From positions 672,001-736,000 of the forward strand of contig CAWKDC010000001.1 of the NCBI GenBank assembly GCA_963848305.1: a DNA stretch of 64,000 bases, written 5' to 3'. The notes beneath the pieces are model-generated. The model was not told the DNA's origin and made no database searches. It worked only from the letters and a program-made list of their open reading frames with translations. A program made the translations under genes and the position numbers. Of this stretch, positions 44,513 through 55,068 are shown piece by piece (within the stretch, counting starts at the first letter, position 1; each line of letters starts with the position of its first letter). This DNA comes from an uncultured Gammaproteobacteria bacterium. Its GTDB lineage: Bacteria; Pseudomonadota; Gammaproteobacteria; JABCZS01.

Positions 44513-47299
44513 ATTGTCTCCAAGGCTTGCGCCACCAGTGCTGTCTGTTGTTCAACATGTAAACTGTGATAACCTGTTGCTGGCGAAGCAGAGGCATCAC
44601 GGCCCGCATAACTCAATGTTTGATGTTTGGCCAATGAGGCGCGAAGATGGTGTTGCGTACAATACCATGCACCTTGATTTTCAGGTTCTTCTTGACACCA
44701 GACCACATCGTTTGCATTGGCATATCCCGCCAAGCATTCTGTCAAAGCTTTTTGAGGGAACGGATACAACTGTTCCACGCGAATGATCGCGACATTGCTC
44801 AATCCTGCATCCCGTTTCTTCTGCAACAGATCGTAATAAACTTTTCCACCACACACCACCACACGCGTCACATTATTGACAGGTGTTTTGTCCATGTCTG
44901 GAATAATTTCCTGGAAATGTCCGTTGAACAGTTCAGCCTTTGTCGACACCGCTGATTTATGACGCAATAAACTTTTCGGCGACATCACCACCAACGGTTT
45001 ACGGAAACGCTGCAACATTTGTCGGCGCAACAAATGGTAAATTTGCGCAGGCGTAGTAGGCGTGCACACCTGCATGTTGTGTTCAGCACACAATTGCAGG
45101 TAACGTTCCAAGCGTGCTGAAGAATGCTCAGGCCATGCCTTCATACCCATGTGGCAATAACATGGTCAAGCCGCAGTAGCGGTTCCATTTGGATTCTGCT
45201 GAACAAATAAATTGATCCATCACCACTTGTGCACCATTGGCGAAATCACCAAATTGGGCTTCCCATATGACCAATGAACGGGGCTCCGTACTGGAATAGC
45301 CATACTCAAAGGCCAATACAGCCTCTTCAGAGAGTAATGAATCGATCACGGTGAAATGATGTGGTTTTGAAATGGTCGATAAAGGGATATATTGCTCATC
45401 ATTTTTTTGCTCGTGCAATACAGCATGACGATGCGCAAACGTTCCTCGACCACAATCCTGCCCGCTCAAGCGTACAGAATACCCTTCTTTCAGTAAGGTG
45501 GCATATGCCATGGTTTCGGCAAATCCCCAATCGAATGGCAACTCACCAGCAGCCATTTTTTCACGGTCGGTATAGACTTTTTTCACTTGTGTTTGCAATT
45601 CAAATGTGGCAGGAATGCTTGTCACTGCTTTTGACAATGCATCAAACGTTTTTTCGTCTACCGTGGTATCTGCTGGCTTATCCCAATTGACTGTTAAAAA
45701 TGGTTTCCAGACATCTTTAAAGGGATTATCTGCATTTTCAACTAAATGAGTCACCGTGATTTTTCCTGCATCAAGTTGATCACGGTAGCGATCCACATAG
45801 GCTTCTGATTCATTTTGAGTGATGATTTTATCGGCAATCAAACGATCGGCATATATCGCGCGAGTGGTCGCATGCGCGCGGATATGCTGATACATCACAG
45901 GTTGGGTGGCAGCAGGTTCATCCGCTTCGTTGTGTCCATATCGACGATAACACACTAAATCAAGGACGATGTCTTTTTTAAACTTTTCGCGGTAATCAAA
46001 TGCAATATTGGCGATAAAAATGGCCGCATCAGGATCATCCATATTGATATGGAAAACAGGCGCTTCAATCATTTTGGCAATATCAGTGCAATAAGGTGTT
46101 GAGCGACTGTCCTCTGGATTAGATGTGGTAAATCCGACTTGGTTGTTAATCACGAGATGTACGGTACCACCCGTTTTATACCCGCGAGTCTGAGACATGT
46201 TCAATGTTTCCATGACACAGCCTTGCCCTGCAAAAGCAGCGTCCCCGTGGATGGCAATGGGTAACACTTGACTACCCGTCCAATCTTCGCGCCGTTCTTG
46301 TCGCGCACGAGCAGAACCTTCGACCACAGGCACCACAATTTCAAGATGCGAAGGATTGGATGCTAAGGATAAATGAACCACTGATTTATCTGTTTTAACA
46401 TCAGATGAAAAACCTTGGTGGTATTTTACATCGCCTGAACCAAAGGGTGCTTTGCGTTTGCCTTCAAATTCTTCGAATAATTCCGAGGGGGGTTTTCCTA
46501 ATAAGTTTACGAGCACATTCAAACGCCCACGGTGAGCCATGCCGATCACAACTTCTTGCATGTCCTGAGAACCCGCGCGCATGATGATTTGATCCAACAT
46601 CGGAATCAAGGTTTCGCCACCTTCGAGTGAAAAACGTTTTTGTCCGACATATTTATTGTGCAAATAACGCTCTAGACCTTCAGCAGCAGCGAGTTGTGTA
46701 TACACACGCTTGCGCAACTCAGGACCAAGTGTTGCCGTTCGATTGTCCACTTCAAAACGGGCTTGCAACCAGTCTTTTTCAACTTGTGATTCAATGTATG
46801 ACCACTGGGCACCCACTGTGCCAGTGTACATTTTTTCAAGCAGTGCGATGATTTCTTTCAATGTGGCTTGTTTTTTAAAGCTGAAAGGCGTTTCAAACGT
46901 GGTGTTCAGATCTTTTTCAGTTAAACCGTGAAATGCCAACGTTAATTCGCGCGGCGTTTCACGCTTCCACATGCCCAGTGGATCAATATCGGCTTTATGG
47001 TGACCCAGCGCACGGTATGACTCGATCAACTGATTCACTTCAATTTGTTTCTCGCTCACCGTAGCAGAAGCAGCAACTTGAACAACTGGTTGTTGCGCCA
47101 ATGCTAAAAACTTCGCCTGAATCGGCCGATGGGCAACGTCTTTCGCGCCTGCCCTCACGCTAGAAAAATAACGTTGCCATTCTGCATCGACTGAAGCCGG
47201 ATCATTTAAATAGGATTCGTAAAGTGATTCAATGTAAGCGCCACCATTTGAAATGGTGGATGAATTGACTAATTGGTTGTATGTATCGTTGTTTGACAT
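44509..47299 (-). CDS. sucA: 2-oxoglutarate dehydrogenase E1; frameshift near 45132
   Basis: [27 protein letters not shown]; GYEGxGPEHSSAR is split. Confidence 0.96.
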
Positions 47300-47309
47300 T
47301 CCAAAAACC

Positions 47310-48042
47310 TCATTGTTTGTCAGCGTGATCTTTCAACATTTCTTGACGAATGTGCGCTATGGCTTTCGTGGGATTTAAATCTTTCGGGCACACATCCACA
47401 CAATTCATGATGCCATGGCAGCGGTATAAACTGTAGGCATCTTCAAATTGTTCCAAGCGCTTTTCGGTGGAGTCGTCTCTTGTGTCGACAATAAAACGGA
47501 AGGCCTGCAACAATGCAGCGGGCCAAAAATTTATCGGGGTTCCACCAAAATGATGGGCAAGACGTGGTGCAGCAAGCGCAAAGAATGCACTCATATAGAC
47601 CATCTAATTTTTCACGATCAGCGGGTGATTGTAAACGTTCTTTTTCAGGAGCAGGTTTGCTGTTTTGCAAATAGGGCTGAATTTTTTCGTAATGGGCATA
47701 AAACTGTGTCATATCAACAATCAAATCACGAATGACGGGTAATGAGGGTAAGGGACGAATTTGAATGGGTTGTTTGAATGCAGAAACAGGGTTGACACAG
47801 GTCAACACGTTTTTACCATTCACACTCATACCATCAGAGCCACAAACACCTTCACCACAAGAATGGCGAAACCCCAAAGTAGGATCCATTTCCTTGATTT
47901 TTTTGAGGGCGGTAAGCAGCATCATGTCGTGGCCGTCCTCGATGTCGAGGGTATAGGACTGCATGCGCGGCTTCTCATCGATTTCTGGATTGTATCGATA
48001 AATCGAAAATTCAACTGTTTTCATCGCGTTGGTTGCGGACAT
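47310..48042 (-). CDS. sdhB: Succinate dehydrogenase Fe-S subunit; frameshift near 47522
   Basis: SCGEGVCGSD, CILCACCTTSCP, CHGIMNCVDVCP. Confidence 0.95.
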
Positions 48043-48053
48043 ATTCAACTCCT

Positions 48054-49826
48054 CTAATAGACCCGGGCTTTTGGTTCAAAAGGATCCATGGATGTCGGTT
48101 TGAAATTCACGGGTCTTTCTTTGATCTCACCATTGGCGAAGTAATCAAGGTGCTTCAACCAATGTGCATCATCGCGCTCGGGGAAATCACTGCGGGCATG
48201 GGCGCCGCGGCTTTCTTGTCGTTTGAATGCAGCGGTTGCGGTGGCAATGGCCACTTCCATGAGATTATCCATTTCCAAGGCTTCAATGCGAGAAGTGTTG
48301 AACACTTCACTTTTATCGGTGAGAACCGCACGCTGCAATCGTTCGCGCAGTTTTTTCAATTTTTCCAAGCCTTCTTGCATGTGCTCAGCTGTTCTAAACA
48401 CACCAAAATCATTTTGCATGACTTGTTTCATATCACGACGCACATCTGTAAAGCGTTCCCCTTCCCCACTGTTATTCCAACGGTTGAGACGAACCAATGC
48501 ATTGTCTACATCAGCGGGCGCAAAAGATTCAAGCGGCGCTTCATTTTTCTCAATGGCATCTGAAAGGAACAACCCAGCTGCACGTCCAAACACGACCAAA
48601 TCGAGTAGTGAATTGCCGCCCAGACGATTGGCACCGTGAACAGACACGCATGCACACTCCCCAATGGCGAATAACCCTTGAACGAGATGATCTTTTCCAT
48701 CCGCGCCCATGGTGATGACCTGACCGTGCACATTGGTCGGTACGCCTCCCATCATATAATGGCAGGTTGGCACCACTGGGATAGGCGCATAGACAGGATC
48801 CACGTGCGCGAATGTTTTCGCCAACTCACGGATACCAGGCAAACGGCTAGCAATCAGTTCTTCACCGAGATGTTCCAATTTTAAGTTAATGAAATCCCCA
48901 TTGGGACCACAGCCGCGGCCTTCACGAATTTCAATCATCATCGAACGGGCAACGACATCGCGTGAAGCCAAATCTTTGGCTTTCGGAGCATAACGCTCCA
49001 TGAAACGTTCGCCATTTTTATTGACAAGGTAACCGCCTTCACCGCGACATCCTTCCGTGACCAAAACACCCGCGCCGGCAATACCGGTAGGATGAAATTG
49101 CCAAAACTCGATGTCTTGCACAGGATAACCTGCGCGCAGCGCCATGCCTAAACCATCGCCCGTGTTGATGTGCGCATTCGTCGTCGACGAGAAAATTTGC
49201 CCAGCACCCCCTGTCGCAAGCACCACTGCGCGCGCGTGAAAGAAACACACTTCGCCTGTCGCCATGCACAGCGCCACAACGCCAACAACCGCATTCTCTT
49301 TATTTTTCACGAGATCAATGGCGTACCATTCGCTGAAAAATGTGGTGCCCTCTTTTAAATTTTGTTGATATAACGTATGCAACAACGCATGGCCTGTTCT
49401 ATCGGCCACTGCGCAGGTACGGGCTGCTTGCTCGCCCCCGAAATTTTTGGATTGTCCCCCAAAACGACGCTGATAAATACGGCCGCTGTCGAGGCGTGAA
49501 AAGGGCATGCCCATGTGTTCAAGTTCATACACGCTCGGTAATGCTTCGCGACACATATATTCAATCGCGTCTTGATCCCCCAAATAATCTGACCCTTTCA
49601 CGGTGTCGAACATGTGCCAACGCCAATCGTCTTCGTCGTCATTTCCAAGGGCTGCGTTGATGCCGCCTTGGGCAGAGACCGTGTGAGAGCGCGTGGGAAA
49701 TACCTTGGAAATAACGGCCACTTTTTTGCCTTTTGTAGCCAATTCGGATGAAGCGCGCAGGCCTGCGCCGCCGCCGCCAATCACCAGTACATCAAATTCA
49801 AGCGTTTTGATCGTCGATTCAGACAT
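48054..49826 (-). CDS. sdhA: Succinate dehydrogenase flavoprotein
   Basis: [27 protein letters not shown]. Confidence 0.97.
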   Translation of the reverse strand: MSESTIKTLEFDVLVIGGGGAGLRASSELATKGKKVAVISKVFPTRSHTVSAQGGINAALGNDDEDDWRWHMFDTVKGSDYLGDQDAIEYMCREALPSVYELEHMGMPFSRLDSGRIYQRRFGGQSKNFGGEQAARTCAVADRTGHALLHTLYQQNLKEGTTFFSEWYAIDLVKNKENAVVGVVALCMATGEVCFFHARAVVLATGGAGQIFSSTTNAHINTGDGLGMALRAGYPVQDIEFWQFHPTGIAGAGVLVTEGCRGEGGYLVNKNGERFMERYAPKAKDLASRDVVARSMMIEIREGRGCGPNGDFINLKLEHLGEELIASRLPGIRELAKTFAHVDPVYAPIPVVPTCHYMMGGVPTNVHGQVITMGADGKDHLVQGLFAIGECACVSVHGANRLGGNSLLDLVVFGRAAGLFLSDAIEKNEAPLESFAPADVDNALVRLNRWNNSGEGERFTDVRRDMKQVMQNDFGVFRTAEHMQEGLEKLKKLRERLQRAVLTDKSEVFNTSRIEALEMDNLMEVAIATATAAFKRQESRGAHARSDFPERDDAHWLKHLDYFANGEIKERPVNFKPTSMDPFEPKARVY

Positions 49827-49829
49827 GCT

Positions 49830-50177
49830 TTATAGCCCCCACAGAATGACAAAACCCCAACCGAGGCAAACCAGCAACACCGCAGCCGAGGCCCATAAAA
49901 ACAAACAACGCAACGCGCCATGCAGATAATCTGTGGCCACAGACCAGATGCCTACCCATGCGTGCAAACAAAGCGCAGCGACGGCCAATAACGTCGGTGC
50001 CTTCATCCATGAAGGTTGAAACCAGCTGACCCAAACGCTGTATGATAAAGGCTCTGGGTGCAGTGCCAATGCGGCTATTAGTACGAATAAATAAATAGCC
50101 AATATAACAGCCGATACGCGCTGCATGATCCAGTCGAATGTGCCGGTGCTCCCAAGTGCGCCAGTTGGCTTCACCAT
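49830..50177 (-). CDS. sdhD: Succinate dehydrogenase membrane anchor
   Basis: DWIMQRVSA, HAWVG, TDY. Confidence 0.92.
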   Translation of the reverse strand: MVKPTGALGSTGTFDWIMQRVSAVILAIYLFVLIAALALHPEPLSYSVWVSWFQPSWMKAPTLLAVAALCLHAWVGIWSVATDYLHGALRCLFLWASAAVLLVCLGWGFVILWGL

Positions 50178-50547
50178 AATATCACTCCTCCCGCCAATAC
50201 GGCGAATATACCTGACAAAATGATCACGGCAAAGGCGCCCATGCGCCCACCGCTTTTCGTGTCGCCCATGCCCATGTCCATGAAAAGGTGACGGATGCCC
50301 GCGACCAAATGGTAAAACAAGGCCGAGAGAAATGCCCAGAGCAACAACGCCAACGGTAAGCAATCACGCAATGTGATGACTTCCATCAAACCCGCTTCAC
50401 TGGACAAGCTTTTTTGAAAGCCCATAACATGGCAGGGATACATAAAAAGAGGAACACACCCGAAACCCGGTGCAGGATGGAGGCTATGGCAGTGACAGGG
50501 AACCTGAATTGCCATAAATTAAGGTAAACGACTTGTTTTTTGCTCAC
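50171..50547 (-). CDS. sdhC: Succinate dehydrogenase cytochrome b556 subunit; frameshift near 50420
   Basis: SILHRVSG and YHLVAGIRHL occur in two frames that one added base joins. Confidence 0.9.
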
Positions 50548-50662
50548 GAAGAACCACCTTGTATGGTTAATTTGAAGCGATATTATATACCTATTTGCGC
50601 AATTTAGGGTAATATACCTCTCGTCACTGAAGATGCGCGGCACGAACTTGGAGATAAAACGC

Positions 50663-51965
50663 ATGAGCAAGCAAAACGCAACGCTGTTGATTGAAGGCGT
50701 CACACTTGAATTACCTATACGCCATGGCACCATGGGGCCTAGCGTTTTTGACATTGGTTCAATTATTAAAACGCCTATTGGTGAGAACGGCGTTTTCTCA
50801 TTTGATCCGGGTTTCACCGCCACCGCTGCGTGCGAATCTAAGATCACTTTTATTGATGGAGACAAAGGTTCCCTCCTCCATCGCGGTTACCCGATTGAAC
50901 AGTTGGCAGATCATTCTGATTATATGGAAGTCTGTTACCTCTTGTTGCGTGGCCAATTGCCCAATAAAACTGAAAAATTTCAATTTATTCAAAACATCAA
51001 ATCGCACACCATGGTGCATGAACAAATGCACCTCTTTTTTAACGGCTTCCCACGTCATGCACATCCCATGGCTATCATGGTCGGTGTGGTCGGTGCCCTG
51101 TCTGCGTTTTATCATGACTCCTTGGATATCAATAATCCTGAACACCGTGAAATAGCCGCGTACCGCTTGGTCGCTAAAATGCCGACTTTGGCCGCGATGT
51201 GCTACAAATATTCTATCGGTCAGCCTTTCATGTATCCGCAAAATCGCTTGAGTTACACGGCGAATTTCTTACACATGATGTATGACACCCCATGTGATAA
51301 TATCCACGATCCTAACCCCGTGCTTGAGCGTGCGATGGATATCATTTTCATGCTGCACGCAGATCACGAACAAAATGCGTCCACCTCCACTGTGCGCTTA
51401 GCGGGTTCGTCAGGCGCCAACCCCTTTGCTTGTATTGCATCAGGCATTGCTGCATTATGGGCCCGCGCATGGCGGTGCAAACGAAGCAGTCATCAACATG
51501 TTGCAAGAAATTGGCGATGTCAAAAACATTCCCGCTTGCATCAAGCGCGCGAAAGATAAAAATGACAATTTCCGCCTCATGGGCTTTGGTCACCGTGTTT
51601 ACAAAAATTATGATCCACGGGCCAAAGTGATGCGGAAAACCTGTTACGAAGTGTTGAAAGAATTGGGCGTTGAAAACGATCCACTCTTTCAAATTGCACT
51701 CGAATTGGAACGTATAGCACTCGAAGACGATTATTTCATCGAAAAGAAATTATACCCCAATGTAGATTTCTACTCGGGCATTATCTTGCGCGCCATGGGC
51801 GTTCCGACCAACATGTTCACAGTGATTTTCGCATTGGCACGTACGGTTGGCTGGATTGCACATTGGAGTGAAATGATGAGTGACCCAGACAGACGCATTG
51901 CTCGCCCACGTCAGTTATACACTGGAGCAACATTGCGTGATTTTGTGCCGCTGAATCAGCGATAG
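50663..51965 (+). CDS. gltA: Citrate synthase (type II); frameshift near 51462
   Basis: [14 protein letters not shown], split [25 protein letters not shown]. Confidence 0.96.
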
Positions 51966-51966
51966 C

Positions 51967-51993
51967 AAAAAGGGGCAGTTTTTCGCCCCCTTT
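51967..51993. terminator. Probable bidirectional terminator
   Basis: aaaaaggggc...gccccctttc stem between convergent genes. Confidence 0.65.
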
Positions 51994-51996
51994 CTA

Positions 51997-54183
51997 TCAT
52001 TTAACGTCATTTTTCGATGAACTGCTTGCGGCAGGTTCTGCTGCTTGAGAGATCTTGGCTTGCAGCTGGAGTTTGACCAACCATGCATAGTCTTTGTTGT
52101 GCAAAGCTGGCAGTTTCGACAACACCTGAGCCGCATCATTTGGATTGATATGCTCCAGCGCAGCAACCCAAATGCGGTACACTCTTTCAGATCTAGCACG
52201 CCTCTCTCTTGCCCTGCTTCCAGAAAAATCAGGATAAGCGCTTATGTTGACAGGTTGGCACAAATAAGCCATCATTTTCTCAACATATATTGTTCTGTCC
52301 GCCGGGCGCATGTATGCGACAAACGTCAACAGCATTTTAAATTCCCTGTCAAAGTCTTCCTGTTCACCTAAACAGGACATCCGTTTCTCGATCAACGGCT
52401 CTAGTATTGTTGACGGTTTATAACCGCGCATCATCATTTTCTGCAATGCATCACAATATGAGTCAGGCATAGTATTTAAATATTTTAACGCCTTCTCCAA
52501 CAATTCCCATAGCGCATTCATTTGCTCATCAGAAAATGTGGCACTCGATGATGCATACAATACGCACGCGGCATAAAGCGCAGGATTATAGGGTACGTCG
52601 CCTGCTGGGAGGTTTTCAACAGGGTTCTCATCTACATTTTCATTTGCGTTCCCAGGAGGGGGGCCATAAAGATCTTCATAAGCATAGTCATGGATCGTTG
52701 GAATATCATTTTCACCAGGATTTTCATCTAAATTTTCATTATCGTTTCGATGGAATTGTGTAAAATAGGTTTGATAGAGGTATTCATTAAGGTCTCCACC
52801 CGTGTATGCTGGATCGATGCCTTCATCAGCATTCTCATCAATTGAATGGCTGACTTCCAACAATTTATCCATCACATACATTGCTTGTTCGCTTGTATAA
52901 CGAAAGCCTAGTCTCCCCAATCCTTCGATCGCCTTGACTTGCCAGTCCTCATGCGCAAAGGTATCACCGCTGATGTCTTCCAGATGAGCGCTCATCCAAT
53001 CAATAATATGAGTCATTTGTACATCATTAAATTTTGCTGCCTCTGCTATTTCAATGATGTTACTTAAACTTGTCATGAAAGCATTATAGTTATTTCCCTG
53101 TTTGCTTATCCTATAAAATTTTTCGATCACCCAATCAGCATCCTCTTCAGTCAGCTTATCAGCATAAATAGTGATTGCCCGCCCTAATTGGATGAGAAAA
53201 GTGATACTCCTCAATCTCGATACCTCTACTTGCCGCGCGAGATGATGTGCGACTTCTTTTTTCCTGGCATCATCCAAACGAACAAAAAGCATCGTCAGTA
53301 CATCTGCCCCTAATATGGCCTGACCTGGATTCTCATTTTTAATGAGCGCTAAAGACATGTCCGTCATGCTATTCACTGTGTGGACATCACTCTGTACAAT
53401 CAACTGCTTTAAATATCCCACTTTATCAAGCCAACCGGGTTCAAATAGATCCACAATTGAGTTCGTACTCAATAAGATCATTTCATCGAACAGCTTCAAC
53501 GCTTTTGCACTCACTCCACTAGGTCCCATGACGGGAAGTTCAAATACAAGCAATGCATCCTCTAGCAAGGATTTGATGTTAAATTGACGTCTGTTCTCAA
53601 CGGTCGGCAGGTCGCAATAAAGCAGAGATCCGTTATTGTTGAGCTCACGATAGTATTGTTCGACAAACTGTGCCTTCTGCGACTCATCTAATCGCTTACC
53701 TATTGCAATCATGTTTTTGTATGTAGACATCAGCTTGTCAAACCTTATGCCATTTGTGAGCGGGTTGTACTCTCCTTGGCGATATGTAGCTATGGCATTA
53801 AAAAGTTGAGATGTGATGGCGTTGAATTGATCACTGGAAAATTCATACGTAAAAATGTTTAACCGATCAGACAAGTCTACGCCGGGTGAAGACATGATCG
53901 CATCATATAAATCATTGATTTCGACTTGAATGCCCTGAGGATCTCGATATACCCATTTTTGTAAGATCAAAGCACAGAGCCGATGATGTTCGACAGGTGC
54001 TGTGTGATCTTTTAAAGAGGCAGTGAGTATTGCCTTCCATCTAGTCTTTTCTGCTTCAGGCATGATCGCATTGCGTGCCAGAAGTTCCTTCATGCACTTG
54101 AGTTGCATGTCACGGCCTTTGTCGCCGCTTTGGTTAAAAATGGTCGCGCAAGAGGCGTAATCATACTGATAATGGTACATCAT
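51997..54183 (-). CDS. Hypothetical alpha-helical (ARM/HEAT-like) protein, 728 aa
   Basis: Long ORF, paralog of 55069-57054, with an acidic Asn-rich insert. Confidence 0.8.
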   Translation of the reverse strand: MMYHYQYDYASCATIFNQSGDKGRDMQLKCMKELLARNAIMPEAEKTRWKAILTASLKDHTAPVEHHRLCALILQKWVYRDPQGIQVEINDLYDAIMSSPGVDLSDRLNIFTYEFSSDQFNAITSQLFNAIATYRQGEYNPLTNGIRFDKLMSTYKNMIAIGKRLDESQKAQFVEQYYRELNNNGSLLYCDLPTVENRRQFNIKSLLEDALLVFELPVMGPSGVSAKALKLFDEMILLSTNSIVDLFEPGWLDKVGYLKQLIVQSDVHTVNSMTDMSLALIKNENPGQAILGADVLTMLFVRLDDARKKEVAHHLARQVEVSRLRSITFLIQLGRAITIYADKLTEEDADWVIEKFYRISKQGNNYNAFMTSLSNIIEIAEAAKFNDVQMTHIIDWMSAHLEDISGDTFAHEDWQVKAIEGLGRLGFRYTSEQAMYVMDKLLEVSHSIDENADEGIDPAYTGGDLNEYLYQTYFTQFHRNDNENLDENPGENDIPTIHDYAYEDLYGPPPGNANENVDENPVENLPAGDVPYNPALYAACVLYASSSATFSDEQMNALWELLEKALKYLNTMPDSYCDALQKMMMRGYKPSTILEPLIEKRMSCLGEQEDFDREFKMLLTFVAYMRPADRTIYVEKMMAYLCQPVNISAYPDFSGSRARERRARSERVYRIWVAALEHINPNDAAQVLSKLPALHNKDYAWLVKLQLQAKISQAAEPAASSSSKNDVK

Positions 54184-54199
54184 TCATTTCCAATTTATT

Positions 54200-55057
54200 T
54201 TATCTTAAGACAAGCCTAGATTTCTCGACAATGCAATTCTCTAATTCGTCAATCATTCTATGCTTAAGCAAATGATTGCTCGCTTCGAGATCAAACCCCA
54301 CTTGACTCGATAGATCATGCAGTTGATCCATGTCAAGATAGATCAATGTTTGACTCCAAATCGAGTATATATTCTCCATCATATGACTCATCATATCCGG
54401 TGAAGGCATAATTTTTATTCTCTCGCAGAGAACATTCGAGATTTCTGAAACGAAGGTTTCTTTTTCACCGCAAATATTTTCTTCCATGAATGTATTGAGT
54501 GCTTTGATATATTCAACTTTATTCTCATCATAGAGAAATTTCTTGAAATCATCACAGATATGTTTGAACAGCGCTATTCTTTGCTCGTGAGAACTGAATA
54601 CAATGTGATGACGAGACGCATACAAGTTTGCAGCAGCCTTGGTGAACGGGTTTGTAGCGGGATGATCCTCGTAATCGCTTTTGTGCTCATCGATCAATTG
54701 CAACAGATAATTCATTGTCTGAACCGCCTGTGCTTCATCAAGCTTGGGTACAAAGGCTTGAAGTGCCGTCACTCTACTATCTGCCAGATCCCAACTTACA
54801 CCAGGGAAAAGCGCCAAAAGAGCTTCCATCGCATTTGTGATTTGTGCCGGCGTTAATTGTTCCACGGTAGCTGTCAATTGCGCCGAGATCTCAGTTTCTT
54901 CATTCTGAAGATTAGCTAACATGTCAATGAATGCTGATGTGGTTACATCTAAAATTTTTCCAGACGCTTCCAACCAGTTTACCCATTCAGAATGCCCAAT
55001 GCTCGATTGGCTCTCAAGCTCTTCCGATCTTTCGTTTGATTGATATAAATTAAACAT
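54200..55057 (-). CDS. Hypothetical alpha-helical protein, 285 aa, partial paralog of its neighbours
   Basis: Shares QA...M..LL and AA..LY.S....FS motifs with both flanking ORFs. Confidence 0.75.
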   Translation of the reverse strand: MFNLYQSNERSEELESQSSIGHSEWVNWLEASGKILDVTTSAFIDMLANLQNEETEISAQLTATVEQLTPAQITNAMEALLALFPGVSWDLADSRVTALQAFVPKLDEAQAVQTMNYLLQLIDEHKSDYEDHPATNPFTKAAANLYASRHHIVFSSHEQRIALFKHICDDFKKFLYDENKVEYIKALNTFMEENICGEKETFVSEISNVLCERIKIMPSPDMMSHMMENIYSIWSQTLIYLDMDQLHDLSSQVGFDLEASNHLLKHRMIDELENCIVEKSRLVLR

Positions 55058-55068
55058 TGGTCACTGCC

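Noticed and set aside
44091-44786. Long antisense ORFs (also 20561-21157, 41914-42471, 48033-48563 and many shorter ones)
   Set aside because: Shadow frames opposite conserved genes, with no recognisable motifs.
19326-51965. Pseudogenisation of TCA genes, lon and others, or programmed frameshifting
   Set aside because: The proteins are otherwise fully conserved, the lesions share one DNA motif, and no slippery heptamers are present. Sequencing error is the simpler explanation.
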